From NCBI RefSeq assembly GCF_001194135.2, contig NC_068993.1:57521774-57554921 (forward strand): a stretch of 33,148 nt of DNA, given 5' to 3'. The DNA is from Octopus bimaculoides (Eukaryota). Made by a program: the position numbers and the translations under genes. The notes under the pieces are model-generated. The model saw only the letters and a program-made list of their open reading frames with translations, was not told where the DNA came from and did no database searches. Positions 1-11,320 of the stretch are shown here, one piece after another (position 1 is the first letter of the stretch; every line of letters begins with the position of its first letter).

Positions 1-36
<36 letters not shown>

Positions 37-740
37 CTTCGTAAGTTTATATCTATGTAAACACTAATTTTATACTTGGCAGGTCCATGGTCATGGTTTA
101 GACGAAATAGCAAGACATCAGTCACGTGGCCATTTGTTTAAACAAAATGCCGTTTTTTATTGAATGCATACTAGTTTATTTTCAAAATGGCGTATTATAC
201 TTCTGTACAGTATTGATAAATTTACAGATATCCGAGCATTTTATGGGATAAAATGTCATTTAATTCTTGCTAAATACTTGTTTTAAAGCAGAGTTGATCT
301 ATACGTTAGGATGAGTGGCTCCAATTCTTCTATACAAGGCGTCTCTGTCTGTAATTTTGTTTGAAGAGAATTTCTTTAAAGTGGAAATGTTGACTTTCCC
401 TCTAGTAGTATTAAAAAATAAACGAATATACTATACTAAAGATATTTTCAATAATGCTTAATTAAACACACAGACTTGAAGCATTGTTGCAAATATTTGC
501 AAATATCATGAAAGCATAAAATTATTTCCAAGCCATTGGTGGTTTGAGAACGTTATATGGATTAACTGTTTCCAAATCATACAATGTTTAGAAATGAATA
601 TTAACACAGGTATATTCGCATCATTTCATTCTTAAACATTGCAACGTATAGCATATACCTTTTGTTTTAGGTGCATTCTTGTCTATCGTATTTATAGTCT
701 TCCGTTTCAAACAAATTTATTACCATCACTTCCTGAACTA

Positions 741-916
741 AAGCGGTGTGCTTGAGGAATTGGTTCTACGTCAGACGAGATGCAAAACGGAATTTCGTTC
801 AGCTCTTTACGTTCTGAATTCGCGTTTCATCGAGTTCGACTTCTCCTTTCTTCTTTTCGTGGTCGATATAATAAGAACCAGATGTGCTCCGGCGCTGATG
901 GAATCAACGATCTCCC
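741..916 (+). mobile_element. Degenerate tRNA-derived SINE copy (family 1)
   Basis: ctctttacgttctgaattc...gagttcgacttctcctttcttcttttcgtggtcgatataataagaaccag aligns by eye to the reverse complement of the well-preserved copy at 6251-6467. Confidence 0.7.
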
Positions 917-1263
917 TTTCCTAAAATATCTGACATCGTGACAAAACTCGAACCCGTCAAATCGCCTACTAACATTCATCTTAACCACGTCAGACGTGCT
1001 GTTTTCCTCTCGGCCTTTTCAACGGCTACTAGTGTAAACTCCGTGCTTTGTTCTGGATTAAGGCAAACTACGTACCGTCTCAGAAATCAGGCAACAACGA
1101 TGCATGTTTCTATTTTCGTCTCGTCGGTTTCGCACGTGTTCTACATCGAAAACTCAGTCTTTTAAAATTCTCTCAAAGTGGAATAACGACAATTTGATCA
1201 CATCGAATATGGAGGAACTGCGAGCAACTTGAGTCAAATTACTTCTTCCAGATACCACCACTA

Positions 1264-1338
1264 CAGAATATAAAAACAAGGAGCAATGCCCCTAAGCATT
1301 TTAATTCGCCGCAGTAACAATTCTGTCAGCTCAATGCC
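1264..1338 (-). mobile_element. Degenerate SINE family 1 head fragment
   Basis: cagaatataaaaac...cctaagcatttt...aacaattctgtcagctcaatgcctt matches the right end of the 6251-6467 and 14603-14815 copies. Confidence 0.55.
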
Positions 1339-2199
1339 TTAATAATAATAGTATTAACAGGTAGAGTCTCAAGTTTTTAGAATCGTTAGAATTTCTTGTC
1401 TATTTTAATGATGTTAGGAATGTGCGCTTTTAACCGTTCAGCCTCAAGTTTATATATTCTTGTATATCACGCCATTTTCCTTTCTACTTTTGATACTGTG
1501 ACTATCTTATATCAATTAGAAGCAGATCTGATACACATTCACTTGAATATACTCCATTGTCAAATCTTCGTATATAATCTGACATGGCCACTGCGAAGCA
1601 TCACCTTTTTTGTGGCTTATGACCTCATTAAATCTTTTGCACATGCGATCTTCTGTCTCCTCTTTTAATTGTGAGCTTTGGAGTCGTTGTTTTCCTTTTA
1701 TATTCTTTATATTATTTAACATATTATCTCTTTTGTAATCTAATATCTATGTGCGATTAGCGTTGAGTACAAAGAAAATGTGCGTGGCAAATCTTCTTAC
1801 GTCAAGTGTTTGTTATGTATTAAGTTTAGTCTCTTGTTTTAACGCGTGTATCAACTTCATGACGCAGAGCAATTCTGCTGATGTATACCAGCTCAGGTTT
1901 TACAAAAAAACTTTGTCTTTACTCTACCAAAGAATAAACATTGGATTCACGTCATGTTTTGGAGATATTCTCTAACATTCGTGAATAATCTTTTTTTATC
2001 TTTTATATATTTGCCTTTTTGTTTATTTTTTCTGTTACGTGTTTCAGTTTAACACTCTGAAGCTGTAACGTACTTCCGGAAGTCATAAAGCATTAATTGC
2101 TTCCGTCTTCTTCTTATTATTATTGTTATTATTTTGCTGTTGAATCCTCTTTTTAGGATCATTCTACTCGTCGGATATATTCCATTTGAATTAGTTCCT

Positions 2200-3700
2200 T
2201 TATTCCAGCGGACTGAATCTTTTCACCTTCGTTAATCCCAAAATATTGCCTTCGATTCCTTTTATCTTTGGCTGAATTCATTTGTCAGCGTTCATTGACT
2301 TAGTAAGCCCGTTATTAAGATACTGACGCTGGCGAATTTGCTGGGCCTAAAACTCTATTCTCATATCATCTCTATTAAATTTCACAGTCAGTAATTATGG
2401 ATTGCAAAAGATTACCAGTCTGTCTCAGTTATATAACTTGCTGTCATTCACATGAAGTAAGTAGCTGAATATTGTCCCTCCAATCTTCTATCAACCTCCG
2501 ATAGAATTCAGAACATAAACGTGGTGACAGGAAATCTTGTAATGTTCCTGTTTTTATATAGACTGCAATAAACTGTTGGACACCTTAAGGATTTAGTACC
2601 ACATTTTTATTACATTTTCACATTGTTCATACAATCCAAATTAACTTATCATAATTAATACATCTCCAATAACTCAATGTTCGATGGTTACGCTTTCTAA
2701 TGGACTTAGTATGCAGCGTGTCAATTTATCTACTTCATCCAGGAAATTGCAGATATATTCTTTGTTTATTAGTAACAAAAGTCCCTTCTTCCAAAATTAT
2801 TCTCCAGTTGGAACATTTTTGCTTTCTGCCTAGATATTGTAATATCTTCTAAGTCAGTGTCAATTGTAAGGCATAGTAGTTGTATGCTGTCAACTTAACG
2901 TGACAGTCCCAATAAGGGAATAATAGTACTGTTGGTTAGCCCTAGGAAGCTTCACCGCTTACTGTAGGCCTTGACACATTTCCTGTGTCCTTATGTTTAC
3001 GAGACAGTCACATATATGGGAGTCTGGCCTTATTCACTCTTACTTCCTCATTGTTCTGTTGTTTGTCCCAATTTGCTGTAACCCGTATTTATGTTGTGCT
3101 ATTTTGCAGTGTGGATTCTGCAGCATTATTTAGCTATAGTATCTGTCTTTATGTATTTCTTGAGTCAAGCAAAGTCCATTCATTTCTTATAAATGTCATG
3201 TCATAGGTTTAACGGTTTGAAGCCGCTCATTTGCGAGCGAGCCAGGGGATTGCTATATTTGACAGGTTGGCAAAGTTAATTCTCTGATATTAAATTGAGG
3301 GACTTGCTTGGTAAAATTATTATACAATATAGACAGAAAGATGCGTTTATTATGTTGGTCTATCCGCTATAGACAGTACAAGCATATGATCTGCATAGTC
3401 AAACTAAAATGAAAGTTATAGACATCTACTCGACTGCTAGATAAATGAGAACCTCGTTCTCGCTAAGGTACTGAGAATTTTCTCTTGCCGTCTCTTGTGT
3501 AAACGGGAACGCGCAGATGTGTGCCATACCAGAGAAATCTATGTACAGCAAATTCCACGTCATGCTATTTATCTTTTAGAGACAGGTTAATAGATCTGGA
3601 TCCGATGAGAGGTTCGATTAATCTAAAGCCCTTCATACCTTCAACCATCAGTACTTGGTAGCATGTATCAACGCGATAAGTTTCGTTCCCATTTTAAGAG
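2200..3700 (-). mobile_element. Highly decayed LINE ORF2 remnant (CR1/L2-like endonuclease and RT traces)
   Basis: Manual minus-strand translation gives broken motifs: LIHATKY*WLK (cf. DIIAITETWL, about 3650), KTGTLQDFLSP (cf. GVRQG..LSP, about 2520-2555), VNDSKLY (cf. FADDTKLY, about 2430-2450) and VKFN. Many stops and frameshifts; boundaries approximate. Confidence 0.35.
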
Positions 3701-4779
3701 GCCATCTAATATCGATGAACAGCAGCGCCTGATAGGTCGTCCATTTACATGATTATTGCGGCTTGGATCTCACATTTGATCCACCGAAACTGTCTTATCT
3801 CTACTTCTGCATGCTATAACTTGCGATGTATTGACAGACTTCCTATTCAAAATGGAATTCAGGAAAGCTGTGCTGGTGTACGAAGACAATGTCTGTTTCG
3901 TGGTGTCGGACTGGACGGATTTGGAGACGGTCGTTACGGAGGTTAAATAATAAAGAGGTGGTAATAGGATCATGAAAGAAAACAAGTCATTAACCTTCCA
4001 ACTCGGAACGTGGAGAGATACATCTGCACTGGCTAGCATTATGTGTCACTAGAGAAATATTTTGTTTAGGGGGTGAGATCTGACTCGAGGCAGAACTCCG
4101 GGTGGTTAGTAAATAGGAGAATATTGCAACCGATAAGGCAGTCTAGAAAAAAAAACCCAAAGATTAAACAAAAGAGACATAATAGATTACCAGGCATTTG
4201 CTGTTCTCTACTACTCAAGTAATCCTATTGGGTGTGTTAACCTTTGAATTGTATAGTTAACAGCATTGGAGCATGTAACAACTTTGCTGAGCAAATTCTG
4301 GGCGTCGATAAAAATTAATTGATTAGCGAGGGGATACCTCAGTTCGGTATAACCATGTATTCTGTTCCATATTGACAGGGGTGATCAAAGTTATTGCGAA
4401 AGACAAAGAATTGGCTACGCATGCAAATGTTCCTTATCCAAGCCAACGATGTTGTTCTACATCCACTAACTTAGGACCGATATAGTTTGGAACCAGCATC
4501 ATCGTGTTCATTTATCCTAGAACCCAAAGGATTAGAACAAATGCCATATAATATCGCGTTCAATGTCCTAAGAGTTCTACCAATCTATCACCCAAGATTT
4601 TAAGCTTTTCTCGACCCCCAAAAGCAGAAGAGATAAAGCCGGCCGTGATGGGATTTGGAAAGAGTAAATGTATCGGGACAGATGCCGTATGTAATTCATC
4701 CAACTTTATTCCTTTGATAATTCACCGCTTTAAGTGACATGCTTATTCATGAAGAATTTCAATTGTTTGTTTTCTCAGA

Positions 4780-4912
4780 GAATGGGTGAATATGCTACGT
4801 TGTAATTACTTAAGCCTCTTTAGACTGCGAGTAGAAATCCCACAGAGTTCAAATTTACACTTCATCCAACCGGATTCAATAGAACAAAATACCAGTCAAG
4901 TACTGAGTGTGA
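4780..4912 (+). mobile_element. Degenerate SINE family 1 fragment
   Basis: cgagtagaaatcccacagagttcaaatttacacttcatcc...aataccagtcaagtactgag is collinear with the B-box and core of family 1. Confidence 0.45.
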
Positions 4913-5004
4913 GATATCTTCTAAGTCTTCACTGAAAAAAAATTGGTTTGGGCCTAAACTAGTGCTCGAAGAAATACATTACAGTAAATGCACCGGCCCT
5001 TTTC

Positions 5005-5144
5005 CTGAGTTCAAATCCCATTGTGGTTCAATTTACTTTTCATTATTTTAGGGTCGATAAAATAAGAACAAGTCATGTGCTTGGGTTGAAATAATTGCCT
5101 TGCCCCTCCCATCAAAATAGCTGGCTTGTGCCAAAATATGAAAG
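5005..5144 (+). mobile_element. SINE family 1, B-box to 3' end
   Basis: ctgagttcaaatccc (B-box), gggtcgataaaataagaacaagtc (core) and gctggcttgtgccaaaatatgaaa (3' end), followed by an attattatt tail remnant. Confidence 0.7.
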
Positions 5145-5407
5145 ACGGAGATATTATTATTATTCCTGAAGACACTAGAGTTTCAAAATCGTTTAGATCT
5201 TAGACTAAATACCAACTAGGTAGGCCGTATCAATAATCAATATCTGTTTCTGGTGATTATTTTCTCAAATTCAATCTGCTATATTGGTAACGGTAGATTT
5301 ACTCTTATGCTATTCAAAATACCAATATTGTTGCTTTCCTTTATCCAGTGCTGTGGTTCTACTTTCCAATCTATCTATATATATACACACATATATTGAT
5401 ACATATC

Positions 5408-5426
5408 TGTCTGTCTCTCTCTCTCT

Positions 5427-5480
<54 letters not shown>

Positions 5481-5503
5481 ATGTGTGTATGTATGTATGT
5501 ATA
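5408..5503. repeat. Compound (TC)n(TA)n(TG/TATG)n microsatellite
   Basis: Directly visible. Confidence 0.95.
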
Positions 5504-6250
5504 TAAATATTACTCTACCTCCGGTATAAATATATATGTATATATGTACATGCATACATATACATATGTGTGTGTTTGTTTGTCTGTGTGTGTAGACAGA
5601 TACATAATCAATTTTCAGTATTCCTCCTTGGCCTCTGTCTTTCTACCTCTCCCCACTCACCCTCCCAGAAATCTCTCTCACTCACCCTCAATACCTCTCC
5701 CACACACTCTCTCTGCTTCTCACTCTCATTCTTCTTCTTCTTCCATACAGTATTTATCCATTCATCTATATTTTCATTGCCATATAATATGACCTTCTAA
5801 GTTTTCTTTTCTTATATACATTTCAGACTCTAATCTCATCTGCTTCTATTTCTTTGTCTTGAAGAAGAATTCCATCGCTTGTTTGTCGCTCAGGCAAGAG
5901 ATTTTCTTCGATAATAACCTGCTTTCTTAAGGACTGAAGAAACCATTTATCTGACGTTACTTCTTGCTTGACGAATCTGCTAAAAAACATCAGCTAAATT
6001 TCACCTATGTTGCACCATATTGGTTTATAAAAAGTAGATGCAAAGTTTGAATAAAGTAGTCACTGCAATATTTTTTGGTGAGAAATAGAACAGGTGGCCA
6101 TGACTAGAGTGTCTTTGAGCTTAGTTTCCTCGATCAGCGTTGATCTGCAGCTGAAATCCTGTAACGACATAAACTTTGGTGCATTTTTCTAAAGACATCG
6201 TTTCTATCTCTCTGTCTTTTTCTCTCTCTCTCTCTCTGTCTATCTTATTT

Positions 6251-6467
6251 CTTTATTGCCCACAAGGAGCTAAAGATAGATGGGGAAAAAAAGGACAGAC
6301 AAAGGGGTTTAGTCGATTAATTGACCCCAGTGCGTAACTGGTACTTAATTTATCGACTTCGAAAGGCAAAGTCGACCTCGGCGGAATTTGAACTCAGAAC
6401 GTAACGGCAGACGAAATACCGCTAAGAATTTCGTCTGGCGTGCTAACAAGTCTGCCAGCTCGCCGCC
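6251..6467 (-). mobile_element. Well-preserved tRNA-derived SINE (family 1; octopus-like)
   Basis: The minus strand starts ggcggcgagctggcagacttgttagc (A-box-like) and contains gagttcaaattcc (B-box, plus 6383-6395). The core gtcgataaattaagtaccagttacgcactggggtcaattaatcgac is an internal inverted repeat. Homologous copies occur throughout the window. Confidence 0.9.
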
Positions 6468-6515
6468 ATATCTATCTATCTATCTATCTACCTATCTATC
6501 TACCTATCTATCTAC

Positions 6516-6566
<51 letters not shown>

Positions 6567-6591
6567 CCTATCTATCTACCTATCTATCTAC

Positions 6592-6633
<42 letters not shown>
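6468..6633. repeat. (TATC)n microsatellite with TACC variants
   Basis: Directly visible. Confidence 0.97.
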
Positions 6634-6696
6634 GTTTGTGAGTGTGTGTGTATATGTTTGTCTACCTGTTGGTCTGCTTGTCTGTTTGACTATGCA

Positions 6697-6755
6697 TACA
6701 TGTATGTATGTATGTATGTATGTATGTATGTTTGTATGTATGTTTGTATGTATGT
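6697..6755. repeat. (TATG)n microsatellite
   Basis: Directly visible; continues as TATG-type repeats after 7042. Confidence 0.95.
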
Positions 6756-7041
6756 TCTTTCTTTCTTGCCTTTAACCCTCCAATGCGGAGTATAGGCCAC
6801 TTATAATCGAATTCCATGTCGCATAATTTTTCGTTTCTGTACTTATCCTCTGCCATGAATGTCCCCCTTTCTCTAGTTCCTTTTGTGTTGATCTACGCCA
6901 CGAGTTCTTAGGCCTACCCCTCTTTCTATATCCATCCGGATTCCACTGTAAAGCACTTTTCGCTACATTTGGTGTGTCCTTTCTAATTGTGCTACCAATG
7001 CACTTCCACTTTTTCTTAAATATTTGCTCCTTAATCGAAGC
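6756..7041 (-). mobile_element. 5'-truncated RTE-clade LINE 3' end
   Basis: ORF 6772-7071(-) encodes KWKCIGSTIRK...ALQWNPDGYRKRGRPKNSWRR, matching the RTE ORF C-terminal pattern WRWIGHTLRK...ALDWNPQGKRKRGRPKNTWRR. The stop is followed directly by an (AAGA)n tail. ttgtatgtatgt flanks both sides (6744-6755 and 7042-7053). Confidence 0.8.
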
Positions 7042-7754
7042 TTGTATGTATGTATGCATATATAAATGCATGCATGTACGTATGTATGAATGAATGTATG
7101 TACGTATGAATGTGTATAAGTATGTATATCTATATCTGTCTGCCTGTCTATCTCTCTATGTACGTATCTATCGATCTGTCTATCTATCCATCTCACTCGT
7201 CCCCTCTCTCTCTTTCTCTCTATCAATCTATCCTTCTATCTATACATACGTATGTCTTTTATGTGTGTATGTATAAGATAAGACGGAAAAAGACAGCATC
7301 TTAATAATATCAATACTTGATGGGAAAGGCTGCCGGACAAAATTCAACAAGGGTTTCACTTATAACTGGCACCGACCTATAAATTAATGAAGTTGTGTCA
7401 AGCTTATAATAATCCTTTATAAATAGCGCATATAAGATGCGGCTTCGATGCAAACAAACATCAATAAAATTCTACACATATATAATACACACAGAATGGA
7501 TAAATCACATAATCAAACTCGAAGAACTGTATATCGCTTTAAAATACATACATAAATATAGTGAATGGACGGTCTCCTTGGTTAATGTTGTGGCGACGAG
7601 CATAAGATGCGAACTCACACGGGAATATTCCTACTGTTATATCGTACGTTCGGATGACCTCTACCCAACTCCTCCCACGTCTAGACTTCTCCCTTTATAT
7701 CTACGTATTGGGCTAGCCTACTTCATCCTCTGGTGGCGTCGACACAACAGTCAA

Positions 7755-8190
7755 GTTAGGGAAAGATGCCATAATCCTTCGCTTCAGTGTTTCGTTGGTG
7801 TTACGAGGGGTTTTGTTGGTCTCTCGCTCAAATGCGTCCCACAAATAATAATCCCGAGGGTTGCAATTTGAGGAGTTACGTGGTCAGATGTTAGGGGTGA
7901 CGTGGTCGCAGAAATTGGCTCATAGCCATGACTGGGTTCTCCTGCTCATGTGGCATGGTGCAGAGTCCTGTTGCCAGACAGATGGTCATCCAGCAGACAC
8001 CCACTCTTGACCCGGAGCAAAACTACCTGCCTCATGCACTTGATGTAGGCTTCTGTGTTGAGTCTGAGCCCGTGTGGTAAAATGAATGGAGGGATAATGT
8101 CGCCATCACTAGTGATCGCTCCAAACACCATGATGTTGATTGGATGTTTGATTTTTATCACCCTTGTGTATATGTCCTCAGATTGACACC
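7755..8190 (-). mobile_element. Tc1/mariner transposase internal fragment, DD37D (maT-type) spacing; pseudogenised
   Basis: The minus strand gives KHPINIMVFGAITSDGDIIPPFILPHGLRLNTEAYIKC, then after a frameshift VWQQDSAPCHMSRRTQSWL*ANFCDHVTPNI*PRNSSNCNPRDYYLW. The catalytic D codons at 7965-7967 and 7851-7853 are separated by 37 codons. In-frame stops are present and no TIRs were found. Confidence 0.88.
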
Positions 8191-8491
8191 CAAACAACTT
8201 GAAATGTTAGTAGTGGAGCTCACGGCGCCAATGCCAAGCAGTACAGGATGACGTTTGCAAATTTCTGGCAGAGTGAATTGCGTCATGGTGCTGTTTTTTT
8301 CCTCACAGACGGTGCCCCACTGCCCCTACTATACGGTGTAGTCAACAAAATCAAAAACAAACAATGCACATGGAAGAAATTAAAGATATGCAACGGCGAC
8401 AATTTACCCATCGCACCCTATATATATGTATATGCATACATACATATGCATATATATATACAAATATGTGCATATATAGTATATTTATATG

Positions 8492-8522
<31 letters not shown>

Positions 8523-9380
8523 NNNNNNNNNNNNNNNNNNNNNNNNNNNNNNNNNNNNNNNNNNNNNNNNNNNNNNNNNNNNNNNNNNNNNNNNNNNNNN
8601 NNNNNNNNNNNNNNNNNNNNNNNNNNNNNNNNNNNNNNNNNNNNNNNNNNNNNNNNNNNNNNNNNNNNNNNNNNNNNNNNNNNNNNNNNNNNNNNNNNNN
8701 NNNNNNNNNNNNNNNNNNNNNNNNNNNNNNNNNNNNNNNNNNNNNNNNNNNNNNNNNNNNNNNNNNNNNNNNNNNNNNNNNNNNNNNNNNNNNNNNNNNN
8801 NNNNNNNNNNNNNNNNNNNNNNNNNNNNNNNNNNNNNNNNNNNNNNNNNNNNNNNNNNNNNNNNNNNNNNNNNNNNNNNNNNNNNNNNNNNNNNNNNNNN
8901 NNNNNNNNNNNNNNNNNNNNNNNNNNNNNNNNNNNNNNNNNNNNNNNNNNNNNNNNNNNNNNNNNNNNNNNNNNNNNNNNNNNNNNNNNNNNNNNNNNNN
9001 NNNNNNNNNNNNNNNNNNNNNNNNNNNNNNNNNNNNNNNNNNNNNNNNNNNNNNNNNNNNNNNNNNNNNNNNNNNNNNNNNNNNNNNNNNNNNNNNNNNN
9101 NNNNNNNNNNNNNNNNNNNNNNNNNNNNNNNNNNNNNNNNNNNNNNNNNNNNNNNNNNNNNNNNNNNNNNNNNNNNNNNNNNNNNNNNNNNNNNNNNNNN
9201 NNNNNNNNNNNNNNNNNNNNNNNNNNNNNNNNNNNNNNNNNNNNNNNNNNNNNNNNNNNNNNNNNNNNNNNNNNNNNNNNNNNNNNNNNNNNNNNNNNNN
9301 NNNNNNNNNNNNNNNNNNNNNNNNNNNNNNNNNNNNNNNNNNNNNNNNNNNNNNNNNNNNNNNNNNNNNNNNNNNNNNNN
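8523..9380. other. Assembly gap (N run) flanked by (TA)n
   Basis: Directly visible. Confidence 0.99.
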
Positions 9381-9412
<32 letters not shown>

Positions 9413-10056
9413 ATATATATATCTTTATATATAGACAAACACACACACACGCACACACAATTCTACTTCTTTCGAGATGATTCTCTGATCCTCTCTCTCT
9501 CTCTCTCTTTAACAATTCCTCTTATTCACTCCTTCTCACTCCTACTCTCTCTCCCCTTCTCTCAATTTCGTATTTCGCACTCGCTTCCTCTCAGTGATTC
9601 GATATTTTGGGTATAGTTTAGTTTAGTTCCTGTGATGAGTAATAATTCCTGGTTTGTTTGAAGAAGCAGAAAACTGCTATATTGATGCGAAAGTGCTAAA
9701 TCAGGAATGAAAGATGGAGAGAATTTTGGTTAAATAAATGAAAAAATAAAAGAAAAGTAAAGAAAAGAAGAGAAGACTAACATCAGTTCTTCAGAAAGTC
9801 TATTTTTATTTCTTCAGAACTGATTTAAGAATACACATACATACGCACTCATACGCACACAGACCCATGCGCGCACATGCACATTTATAAGCACACACGC
9901 GCGACTGCACACCACAGAATGTAAGGCTACGTTCATGTACAAATTCATAAATTCAAACAGAGACACATACATGTCAGCGCGTATCAATATTTGTGTGTAT
10001 GCATGTATGTAGACACACACCCACATATATATATATATAAACATATATATATATAT

Positions 10057-10184
10057 NNNNNNNNNNNNNNNNNNNNNNNNNNNNNNNNNNNNNNNNNNNN
10101 NNNNNNNNNNNNNNNNNNNNNNNNNNNNNNNNNNNNNNNNNNNNNNNNNNNNNNNNNNNNNNNNNNNNNNNNNNNNNNNNNNNN
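10057..10184. other. Assembly gap flanked by microsatellites
   Basis: Directly visible. Confidence 0.98.
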
Positions 10185-11119
10185 TATGTATGTATGTATG
10201 CATGTGTGCATGATTTCTACATATACGTTTACGTTTTTATTATATATATTTACATGCACAAGACCCCCACATACATACACACATACACACGTACACGCAT
10301 ACACACGCATATACACGTACATACATATTTACTAGTTGAACAACAACAACAACGACAACAATAATAAATCAAAATAGATAAATCCATAACCATACCAAAC
10401 GCTGTGTTGATAGAATTCTTATGAAACTTTGGATTTTATTGTGATTTTCCCACAATATTTACTTACGTTTTCGTTCGGTGAAGACTCTGTTTCCGATATT
10501 GTAACTCAGTTTCTGCTGAACTCCGTTATTTACCGCCGTCTCCTCTTCTTCCATGTTGATGTTCTTAGTATCTTGTCTTCGCTGACGCCGCTGTCACTGC
10601 CCGTGTCGTTGTGGTTGTTATTAAGCCAAGATTATCCTTCAGTTACAATCAAATCATTTCATTCGTGAGTAACCTATCTTTTACTCAGGTATATTTTAAC
10701 TACGAATACAGTTATTTTCCTTCCGTTTTTCAAAAACCGTAAACTGTGATTTAAACAGAAGTTAGCTGCTATTTTTAGCTAGTCCAATGTCCGGCCGGAA
10801 ACTCACATATCGGCTGTAACTATTGCGGTTTGTGAAAATTAATTCTGAGATAATATAACCAACAGCCGTGAAATCAGTCGCCATCAGTTTATATTTTGCT
10901 ACTGACATTCACGCATCACTGAACTTTTTGATTAAAGATTTAGTGAACTATCAATGATCCAATTCACGAAGCTAAAACGTCCGTAGTTGCTATACAATTT
11001 TATGTATTTTTTTTTTTTTTTGCTTGAGTCCTAGAAATCCTAAGACTGGTTGCCTAGTCTCCAAAGTGTGACCGCTGAGATTATAACGATCCTTTCAGGG
11101 CACACCAGTCTGTGCAGAT

Positions 11120-11320
11120 TTCAAAACCAGCAGTTTTGAGGGGATAAAACGAGTCGATTATGTCCATAAATCATTTAATCTCTTCTAATGCTTCAATTTA
11201 CTTCGCTAATACTTTATTTTATCGTCTTGTAGGGAACTGAACTCTGAGTTTAAAGATCCGGAAAAAATGCCACTATTTACTTTTTCCGAACTCCTAGCGA
11301 TTCTGTAGGTTCACCGCCTT
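11120..11320 (-). mobile_element. Old degenerate SINE family 1 copy
   Basis: gagtcgattatg, actttattttatcg, gggaactgaactc and gcgattctgtaggttcaccgcctt occur in the same order as in the 14603-14815 copy. Confidence 0.5.
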
